Assembly: GCA_043804895.1 (NCBI GenBank)
Contig: JAZDIN010000049.1
Span: forward strand, 1-13,947
DNA: 13,947 nt
Direction: 5' to 3'
From: Candidatus Altiarchaeota archaeon
Lineage (GTDB): Archaea; Altiarchaeota; Altiarchaeia; IMC4; SCGC-AAA252-I15
Numbering within the stretch: position 1 is the stretch's first letter; every line of letters starts with the position of its first letter. The translations under genes were made by a program, and so were the position numbers. The notes beneath the pieces were generated by a model. It made no database searches. It saw only the letters and a program-made list of their open reading frames with translations, and was not told the origin of the DNA. This document shows, one piece after another, positions 1 to 6,557 of this stretch.

Positions 1-1
1 C

Positions 2-991
2 AGGTTGTTCCAGAAGAAGGCCCACGTTATAGTGCTCTGTGGTTCGTCGATGCGGATGATGGAACGGCTGGCCGGCTATAAGAGCCCCATCTATGGCAGG
101 CGCACGGAGCAGATGCTTCTCACGCCCCTTGATTTCTCGGATTCCGTCCAGTTCATGGGTGGCATCCCCCTGGAAAAGGCAGTGGAATTCTATGCCACTG
201 TGGGGGGTACGCCGGCTTATCTTCAGCTTCTCGACTACAAGTTCGGCTTGGAGCACAACATATGCTCAAAGATACTTCCGAAGATGGAGTTCCTAAACCA
301 GGACGCCATGTTCGTACTGCGGGAAGAACTGGATGAGCCGAGGAACTACTTTTCCATACTGAAGTCCCTATCTAAAGGCAACACGCAACTCGGAGCCATA
401 GTGAACGACACCGGCCAGCAGAGGAACCTAGTGGCAAAATACCTCTCCGTCCTCACCGACCTGCACATAGTCGAACGCAGGGTACCCTTAACTGAAAAGC
501 ACGGCGCAAGATCGCGCAAAGGAATCTACCAGATATCAGACCCGTATTTCCGTTTCTGGTTCAGGTTCGTATTCGATAACCTCCCCTACCTCGAGGCGAC
601 AAACCCACGTAAAACATACCTTGACCGCATAAAGCCGACTCTGAACGAACATGTGGCGTCTATCTTCGAAGACATGTGCCTCCGGTGGCTGAAAACCAGA
701 AAAGACTTCAGCGAATACGCAATCGGCAGATGGTGGAAAGACTCACACGAAATAGACATAATCGGCCTAGACGAAACCAAAAACATCCTGCTCCTTGTGG
801 AGGTCAAATGGTCCAACCTCACGGAACTGGATGCCAGACGAATACTAGACTCCCTATTAACGAAGGCCGAACACATAGATTGGCAGAAAAAAGGCCGCAA
901 GATAGCATTGGGCATCATCGCAAAGAAGATACATTCAAAGGATAAACTCAGAAAAGAGGGGCACCACATATTCGACATTGATGACATGTGA
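2..991 (+). CDS. Archaeal ATPase (ATPase_2/MJ-type) with winged helix and C-terminal DUF234/PD-(D/E)XK nuclease-like domain; 5'-truncated by window edge
   Basis: Frame open from the window start. Family motifs: VLCGSS (sensor), SPIYGRRT, YATVGGTPAYL, Y-x-I-x-DPYFRFWFRFV, FEDMC, GRWW...EIDIIG...VEVKW. Walker A/B lie upstream of the window. Confidence 0.9.
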   Translation, partial: RLFQKKAHVIVLCGSSMRMMERLAGYKSPIYGRRTEQMLLTPLDFSDSVQFMGGIPLEKAVEFYATVGGTPAYLQLLDYKFGLEHNICSKILPKMEFLNQDAMFVLREELDEPRNYFSILKSLSKGNTQLGAIVNDTGQQRNLVAKYLSVLTDLHIVERRVPLTEKHGARSRKGIYQISDPYFRFWFRFVFDNLPYLEATNPRKTYLDRIKPTLNEHVASIFEDMCLRWLKTRKDFSEYAIGRWWKDSHEIDIIGLDETKNILLLVEVKWSNLTELDARRILDSLLTKAEHIDWQKKGRKIALGIIAKKIHSKDKLRKEGHHIFDIDDM

Positions 992-1129
992 TGCGAGAAG
1001 GTTAACACATCCAAATGTCAACTAGCCTAATCACAGGAATATCTATGGGACTCTCGGGTTGGGTGTTTCGCGGTTAGTGTACTCCGGATTGTTTATGCAA
1101 GAGCTGACTGATATGGACTAATCTGGAAG

Positions 1130-1183
1130 TTAATCATAGTATACTATCTCTAACTACCGGATTTAATCATAGTACTCTATGGG
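1130..1183. repeat. Direct repeat TTAATCATAGTA x2 (1130-1141, 1163-1174), each running into a palindrome
   Basis: Exact 12-mer repeated with 33-nt period. ATAGTATACTAT (1136-1147) is a perfect palindrome; CATAGTACTCTATG (1168-1181) is near-palindromic. Confidence 0.6.
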
Positions 1184-1186
1184 TGA

Positions 1187-1300
1187 GCAGAATACAAAAA
1201 AGGGATAGTGGTGACTAAAAGCACTTTCGATAAGCGGACATTAGCCGAGGGGGAGTTGTTGCTTCTGCCGGCGTGGCTGTATTCCCTCCTTGAGCACTGA
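1187..1300 (+). pseudogene. 3'-terminal remnant of an AAA_14/DUF4143-type ATP-binding protein gene
   Basis: Hand translation AEYKKGIVVTKSTFDKRTLAEGELLLLPAWLYSLLEH* resembles the typical KGIVVTK...(I/L)PAWLF C-terminus of these ATPases. It is preceded by an in-frame TGA and lacks the rest of the gene. Confidence 0.6.
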
Positions 1301-1410
1301 TGGACGATAAGTTCATACCAGAATCAAGGCAGCCACATAACAATACTAGCAAGACCAGCCAACGCATCCTACTCAATCGGACTTTTGTCTAATAAACCCG
1401 GAGGGAGCTT

Positions 1411-1893
1411 TCACTTGTTGGTGTCAATCATTCCTTTAACTTTTTGTCTATATCTGTCGATGTCCTCATTTGTCAGCTTTTGTATGAAGTCGTATATTCT
1501 GGCGTTGAATCTCTCAGCCTTTGTTATCAACCTTTTGGTGTCATCCTTTGTGATTTTAAAGTCTATGTAGTATTGTTTGTCCACCCGCTCCCTCTTCGCT
1601 TGCTGAAGGTCTGTGCTATCCAACCCGAAAACATCATGGAGCACGATTATCGTGGCTGTGTGGTTTTCAGATTTGATGCCTGCCTTGAAAAGCAAGGCCA
1701 GCGCCGAGTAGTACATGCTATAGTATGCTATCGATACCGCCTCCTCAAGCTTGTCGTTGTCCCGGAGGATCTTCGAAGAGGAGAGATAGCTCTCGGATTT
1801 CTTCAGATGGGCGTCTTTGATATCGTCGCTGGTTTCGACCACTTGGAGTTTGCCATCTTCCCCGATTTTACCCAAAAAGTCCAGTTTTTCCAT
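1411..1893 (-). CDS. HEPN domain protein (toxin-like partner of MNT)
   Basis: 160 aa helical protein with AYYSMYYSALALL, SENH and R-x4-Y (RVDKQY) motifs; overlaps the upstream MNT gene by 26 nt. Confidence 0.9.
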   Translation of the reverse strand: MEKLDFLGKIGEDGKLQVVETSDDIKDAHLKKSESYLSSSKILRDNDKLEEAVSIAYYSMYYSALALLFKAGIKSENHTATIIVLHDVFGLDSTDLQQAKRERVDKQYYIDFKITKDDTKRLITKAERFNARIYDFIQKLTNEDIDRYRQKVKGMIDTNK

Positions 1894-2413
1894 AGTACTC
1901 CTCGACGCCCTTTATTATGACGTGGTTTTTTTCAATCTCCTTCACAAGCGGGTTGGATCTATCGTAGGTTCCGATCTTTACGCTTAATCGGCTGTCCAAT
2001 GCTTCCAGACCAGCTTTTATTTTTCTGTCTTTTGTTTCCACATATATGTCTATGTCGCTGTCATCCGTAGCCGCATTTTTAGCATGACTTCCGAATATGA
2101 CAGCCATGCCGATTCTCTGGTCCTCCTGAATGCGCTCCACCACCTTCCTCAGATGAGGGTAACCTTCTACGATCTTCAGCAGTTTGTGGTGCTCTGCCAT
2201 GTAAACGTAACATCGTGCTTCAACCGTCCTTTTCAAGAAATAGGTCTTATTTTTACCATTCTCGTGAAAATCCACTACATTGGCTTTCCTCAGCTCCTTA
2301 AGCCTCCGGTTGACTGACATATGGTTGACGGCGAGCCTTTTTGACAATAAGCGGGGGTGGATCTCATCCTTAATCAGGGCATCCACTACCTCGAATGATA
2401 AAATCTGTTCCAT
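1868..2413 (-). CDS. Minimal nucleotidyltransferase (MNT) with N-terminal winged-helix DNA-binding domain (antitoxin)
   Basis: GS-x10-DxD motif (GSHAKNAATDDSDID); N-terminal HPRLLSKRLAVNHMSVNRRLKEL...NGKNKTY wHTH. Start reassigned from 2539 to the ATG at 2413 (MEQILSF, 181 aa) because a TATA box lies 24 nt upstream and the extension is not protein-like. Confidence 0.9.
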   Translation of the reverse strand: MEQILSFEVVDALIKDEIHPRLLSKRLAVNHMSVNRRLKELRKANVVDFHENGKNKTYFLKRTVEARCYVYMAEHHKLLKIVEGYPHLRKVVERIQEDQRIGMAVIFGSHAKNAATDDSDIDIYVETKDRKIKAGLEALDSRLSVKIGTYDRSNPLVKEIEKNHVIIKGVEEYYGKTGLFG

Positions 2414-2444
2414 ATGTAACACATATGTTCCACATATTAATAAA
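2411..2444 (-). promoter_or_regulatory. Leaderless promoter of MNT-HEPN with inverted-repeat operator
   Basis: TTTATTAA on the minus strand at 2444-2437, 24 nt from the ATG; perfect inverted repeat CATATGT-AAC-ACATATG (2411-2427) covering the start codon. Confidence 0.65.
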
Positions 2445-2472
2445 TGAAATTTACCCCCCCTCAGGATCACGC

Positions 2473-2532
2473 TCACGTGATGATGCCGCCTGCGATGATG
2501 TCGTTGCCTCTGACGAGGACTAATCTCCCGAG
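2473..2532 (-). pseudogene. 3'-terminal remnant of a CysN/EF-1alpha-like GTPase gene
   Basis: Hand translation LGRLVLVRGNDIIAGGIIT* resembles the LGRF(V/A)L...(A)GGII end of domain III of CysN (sulfate adenylyltransferase large subunit) and EF-1alpha-like proteins. It is preceded by in-frame TAA and is only 19 aa long. Confidence 0.5.
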
Positions 2533-2581
2533 TTACCAACAGGGTAACTTTTATCCAATTATGCTAATTGTTAATTAGCAT
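2531..2581. repeat. Two inverted repeats downstream of the glycosyltransferase operon
   Basis: AGTTACC/GGTAACT (2531-2537/2543-2549) and ATGCTAATT/AATTAGCAT (2561-2569/2573-2581); both have perfect arms. Confidence 0.55.
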
Positions 2582-2609
2582 GTTTTGCGGGTGCTTTTAA
2601 GGGAGTAAT

Positions 2610-3809
2610 CTACTTTTGGACTAGTCTTTGGTAGGCGTCTTCGAGTTGTTTGTTTATGGTTTCTGTTTTGTATTCTTTTTCAACGTGTTGTCTGCAGGCT
2701 TCTCCCATGTCCAGTCTCACGTAGGGGTTTTTCACGAGGAGGCTTAGTTTGTTTGCTAGTTCTTCAACGTTTTTTTCTTTCACTAGGAAGCCGGTTCCGC
2801 CATCGACAATGACCTCATCTATCCCGTTTCTCCTTGTTGATATGGCTGGGAGGCCGCTCGCCTGGGCCTCTAAAAGTATTGTCGGTATCTCCCCCTCGTC
2901 TTCCGAGATTAAGTTCGGGGCTATCAACACGTCAGAGTCGTACAGGGTTTTGGTAATCTCCCCCTTTTTTTCCCCTCCGATGAGATTTACTGTGTCGTTA
3001 ACGTCCAATTCTGCAATGACTTCCTGGAGGTGTTTCCGAAGCGGCCCGTCTCCGATGATGGTATACTCCATGTCTCCGTGTTCGTCCAATACCTTCGCGA
3101 ATGCGCGTATCCCGTATTCGACGCCGCTTTCCTCCACGAGGCTGGCTATTGTTGTGACCCTTGTTGTGCCGCTTCCTCGCATCTCCCTCACTTTGTATGG
3201 GAACTTCTTGCGGTCCACACTTATATGGTTCACCATGATCTTGTCCTTCCCACAGCCTAATCTGATAAGCTCTTCCCTCATGTGTTCGCTTACGGTGATT
3301 ATCAGATCAGCCTTCCTGAAGAGGGGCATGTATAATCCCCCCCCGGCTCTCCTGGCGTTGGCGCTCACGTTATTGTCGTATAATGACGCGACCAGACTAC
3401 ACCTGAAGAATCCGATTTCCTTAAGGAGTGAACCTGTTAGGCAGTTTTTCCTGAAGTGGCAGTGGACTATGTCAAACTTATCCCCTATGAATGGAGTGGA
3501 ATAGTATAGGAGTCGCAGGGACAGCGCATGCCACCCGTACTCCAGGAAGTTCAGGGAGGATATGGTGTGGAAGGGGCTTCTCAGGAGGTTCCTAAAGAAC
3601 AGGGGAAAACCCTTCACTGCTCTCATAATCCACCCTTCCGAAAACCCCAAATAGTGTATCCTACTGTCCTGATAAACCTCTATATCCTTCGGCTTAGACT
3701 CGCAAATAACCGTAACCTCATGGCCCATCTCCAAAAGGCCTGTAATCTGATTCAGTATGAAATCTTCAGAGAGCGTCGAGAACTCCCCGACTATGAAAGC
3801 GATTTTCAT
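2610..3809 (-). CDS. GT4 glycosyltransferase, WcaL/AmsK-like, with degenerate catalytic motifs
   Basis: MKIAFIVGEF...SEDFILNQITGL, DIVHCHF, IIGDGPLR and LLEAQASGLPAIST match the WcaL-like GT-B architecture; 399 aa intact ORF. Confidence 0.9.
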   Translation of the reverse strand: MKIAFIVGEFSTLSEDFILNQITGLLEMGHEVTVICESKPKDIEVYQDSRIHYLGFSEGWIMRAVKGFPLFFRNLLRSPFHTISSLNFLEYGWHALSLRLLYYSTPFIGDKFDIVHCHFRKNCLTGSLLKEIGFFRCSLVASLYDNNVSANARRAGGGLYMPLFRKADLIITVSEHMREELIRLGCGKDKIMVNHISVDRKKFPYKVREMRGSGTTRVTTIASLVEESGVEYGIRAFAKVLDEHGDMEYTIIGDGPLRKHLQEVIAELDVNDTVNLIGGEKKGEITKTLYDSDVLIAPNLISEDEGEIPTILLEAQASGLPAISTRRNGIDEVIVDGGTGFLVKEKNVEELANKLSLLVKNPYVRLDMGEACRQHVEKEYKTETINKQLEDAYQRLVQK

Positions 3810-3871
3810 GATTCAATATTTTACATTCTTTGTTGCCTCTGTTAAAATACAGGCTACTTCAGAAGTAGAGT

Positions 3872-4996
3872 TCATTCGAACGTCTTGAACACTCCGGTCA
3901 GTGTCTTCTCCATCGCGTCCCAGCTGTATCTCTCCTGGCATCTTCGTCTTGCCTCAAGACCGCATCTTCGTGCCTCCTCCGGGTTGTCCAGGACATACTG
4001 TACCGTCCCAGCAAGTTGTTCGATTCCCCCGGGTTCAACCACCCACCCGCAACCGTCAAGTATCTCTGGGATGTCCGACACTCTCGTGGCGACTATCGGT
4101 TTGCCCATGGCCATGGCCTCGAATATCTTCCCAGGTAATTGCGCTCTTGTGAATAATTCATCCCTTTGCGGCAGCACGACCATGTCTGACATGCAAAGCA
4201 GCTCAGGCATCCTCTCATGCGGGAGTAGGCCAACATACTTGATGTGTTCTTCTTTCCTTTCCAATAGTTTGTCCAGGTGAATGTTTCTTTTACCTGCTAT
4301 AAGAAGCTGCACGTCCTTCCTTCCTAACCTCTCAAGCGCAAGGGCTAAATCATCCAGTCCCTTGTGCGGGTACGCTGTGCCTGTGAACAGGACGACTTTT
4401 TTGTCCTGCACCCCCCATCTATCCCTGATCTCCTCCCTGTTGAATCTTTCCGGGTCGAACATGGAGCAGTCTGCACCGTGGGGGAGTTTGACCCCTCCAA
4501 AACGCTTCTGCAGGAAGTCTGAGACGACAGTGATACTATCAGCCTGGCTGGAGAGGTGTTCCATTAGCCTGAAGTATGCCCTGCAGTTAACTGAGTAGGA
4601 CGTCCCGATGGTGTGGTGGAACATCCCCCAAAGGTTCATGGTACTGAACATCGCGGTATCCCAGTCTTCGATGTCAAGGACTACCGGAGTTTTCTTCAAC
4701 AGCTTGGATAGTAGGCCTACGCCGTAGCTTGTTGGTGTAGGTTTGAACGCGTAGATGACTTTTCCTTCAATACTCTTAATCAGTCTCAGGATGTTTGGGG
4801 TCACCACAGGGAGCCAGGAGTTGAGCGGCTTCACACTCTTGTAGTTGAACTCCCCCCTATACGGTTCGTATATTCCGTCTCCGAAGATGGGGCCCAACAC
4901 CTCCACCTCGTATCGTCTTTCAAGGACCTTCGCTATAGGGTATGTCCTCACCATGGAATGCGATGACAGGTCCCAAACCAGCAAAGATACCTTCAC
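3872..4996 (-). CDS. GT4 family glycosyltransferase
   Basis: FTGTAYPHKG, SDMVVLP and PGKIFEAMAMGKPIVAT motifs. Start reassigned to GTG at 4996 (GTGA overlap with the flippase stop, G-rich RBS upstream), giving 374 aa. Confidence 0.9.
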   Translation of the reverse strand: MKVSLLVWDLSSHSMVRTYPIAKVLERRYEVEVLGPIFGDGIYEPYRGEFNYKSVKPLNSWLPVVTPNILRLIKSIEGKVIYAFKPTPTSYGVGLLSKLLKKTPVVLDIEDWDTAMFSTMNLWGMFHHTIGTSYSVNCRAYFRLMEHLSSQADSITVVSDFLQKRFGGVKLPHGADCSMFDPERFNREEIRDRWGVQDKKVVLFTGTAYPHKGLDDLALALERLGRKDVQLLIAGKRNIHLDKLLERKEEHIKYVGLLPHERMPELLCMSDMVVLPQRDELFTRAQLPGKIFEAMAMGKPIVATRVSDIPEILDGCGWVVEPGGIEQLAGTVQYVLDNPEEARRCGLEARRRCQERYSWDAMEKTLTGVFKTFE

Positions 4997-6438
4997 CTCA
5001 GACCCCCTAGAATCTTCCGGAATTCGTCGAACAATTCCCTTCTGCACAGGTACAATGCTGCTAGATAAGAGATTGCTGATGAGGAGGCTACTGCAAGGAA
5101 TTTTACGATTACGCTGAATGGCAAGATTGCATTAGCTAGGTTTGCTGCAGTGAACATCACAATCACACCAAGGATTGGGGCGGATATAACCCTTAAAAAA
5201 TCCCTATACTCTACCTTGATGGTGCTCCTCAACTCCCTCACAATCAAAACCAATGATAGGCCGCCAGCAAACAAAACAGAAAAAGAAACGCCAATTATCC
5301 CGAACCTCATTGTTAATGGATAGATGGTCAAGGCCATGGCAGCCAACTGGACTCCCGACAGCATAGTCTGGACTTCAGGCCTTCCGATACTGTATAGCAC
5401 TGGACCGACCGTCGCGTTTAATGACCTCACCGCCCCATACAGGCACAGGATCTTTATCGCCGGGACCATCGGCATCCACTCTTGCCCAAGGAACGTCCTC
5501 GTGAACTCAGGAGCCAGGATGAATATCAGGCCTGCCATTAGGAAGGATACGAATGCTGTGGCGCCAAGGGCCTTCAGGTAGGCTTGACGTAGTTTCGACA
5601 GCCTGTGCTGGAGTTTCGAGTATGTCGGGAACGTGACCTGCGATATGACATTCGTCACCTCAGTTGCTGGAGTGTTTGAGATGAGGTATGCCATCTGGTA
5701 TAATCCTAGCGCTGTTGCGCCAATCAGTTTTCCAACGACTATGTTGTCCCCCTGGGTTATGAGGAAGATGAGGACGCTCGAGCCTAACACCCATTTTCCG
5801 AAGCCGAAGAGTCCCCTAGCCCTCCTTAGGTTAAGGTTGAAGCTCGGCCTATATGGGTGCACTAGGTAGCTCACGATGCATCTTGTTAAATTGCCTGCCA
5901 CGTATCCTAGGGCGAGTGCCCAGACGTTTCTGAAAACGATAGCTGATGACACCGCGATAGTGAAATCCGCGGCTGTTCCTGCGAACTGGTATGTGAATTC
6001 CCTCCTGAAATCAAGGTCCTTCTGGAAGTATATGACTCCCACATTGATGAGGGACTTGAACAATACTGCCACTCCAACCGCCTGGATTATCGTCTTGCCC
6101 TCAGGCACGTTGAAGAATCCGGCGAAATACGGCGCAGTGAAGAACAGGGTAGTGAATAGTATGAGCCCCCTTATTACGGAAACAGTCCACGCAGTGTTCA
6201 GGTACCTCCTTATGTTTGCGCTCTTCTGTATGAGGGCGGTCTGGAATCCAGTTTCGGTGAAAGTCTCCAAAGCCGTCATAGTCAGGAGGGCGACACCCAT
6301 GAGGCCGAAGTCGTTGGGTGCTATGATGCGTGCAAGGACGACCAGCCGGGCTGTGTTGAATAACACTTGCAGCACCCTCAGCGCGAAAACCCACATACTC
6401 CCCTTAACAACCTTCTTCCTCAGCAGGCTTTCGTCCAT
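4993..6438 (-). CDS. wzx: Oligosaccharide flippase, Wzx/MOP family (WzxC-like)
   Basis: 481 aa multi-pass protein; VLARIIAPNDFGL, G-x3-ALIQK, DNIVVGKLIGATALGLY-x-MAY and FPTYSKLQ are WzxC-like motifs; sits within a GT cluster. Confidence 0.92.
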   Translation of the reverse strand: MDESLLRKKVVKGSMWVFALRVLQVLFNTARLVVLARIIAPNDFGLMGVALLTMTALETFTETGFQTALIQKSANIRRYLNTAWTVSVIRGLILFTTLFFTAPYFAGFFNVPEGKTIIQAVGVAVLFKSLINVGVIYFQKDLDFRREFTYQFAGTAADFTIAVSSAIVFRNVWALALGYVAGNLTRCIVSYLVHPYRPSFNLNLRRARGLFGFGKWVLGSSVLIFLITQGDNIVVGKLIGATALGLYQMAYLISNTPATEVTNVISQVTFPTYSKLQHRLSKLRQAYLKALGATAFVSFLMAGLIFILAPEFTRTFLGQEWMPMVPAIKILCLYGAVRSLNATVGPVLYSIGRPEVQTMLSGVQLAAMALTIYPLTMRFGIIGVSFSVLFAGGLSLVLIVRELRSTIKVEYRDFLRVISAPILGVIVMFTAANLANAILPFSVIVKFLAVASSSAISYLAALYLCRRELFDEFRKILGGLR

Positions 6439-6464
6439 CCCTTATTCATTCACCCGAGGCTAAA

Positions 6465-6557
6465 ATATATCGGATAGGGACTATCTTGGACTTGGATTTT
6501 GGTATTCCCTATCCGATATATCGAATAATCCTGAAGTTTCACTTTCAGGATTATTCG
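6465..6557. repeat. Two abutting perfect inverted repeats (16-bp and 14-bp stems)
   Basis: ATATATCGGATAGGGA (6465-6480)/TCCCTATCCGATATAT (6506-6521), then CGAATAATCCTGAA (6522-6535)/TTCAGGATTATTCG (6544-6557). Confidence 0.9.

Noticed and set aside
1028-1183. CRISPR array
   Set aside because: Repeats are 12 nt with a 33-nt period, only 2-3 degenerate copies, and no cas genes.
1300-1392. 30-codon ORF MDDKFIPES... overlapping the ATPase remnant stop (TGATG)
   Set aside because: Short, with no recognisable motif; cannot be supported.
2477-2513. Possible C/D-box sRNA (GTGATGA...CTGA) or hammerhead core (CTGACGA)
   Set aside because: The C-to-D span is only 37 nt with no good D' box, there is no GAAA after the putative stem II, and the sequence is better explained as the antisense of a coding remnant.
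1115-2526. 10-bp direct repeat GGACTAATCT (1115-1124 and 2517-2526) as a target-site duplication around the TA block
   Set aside because: The second copy lies inside the CysN-like remnant and neither copy coincides with the inferred junctions; plausible by chance.
2414-2539. His/Arg-rich N-terminal extension of the MNT ORF (RQRHHRRRHHH)
   Set aside because: It is an off-frame reading of the CysN-like remnant and promoter; a TATA-supported ATG exists at 2413.
4997-5047. Longer N-terminus for the 3872 GT given by the ORF track
   Set aside because: It overlaps the flippase; GTG at 4996 gives a GTGA coupling and a typical GT4 first beta-strand.
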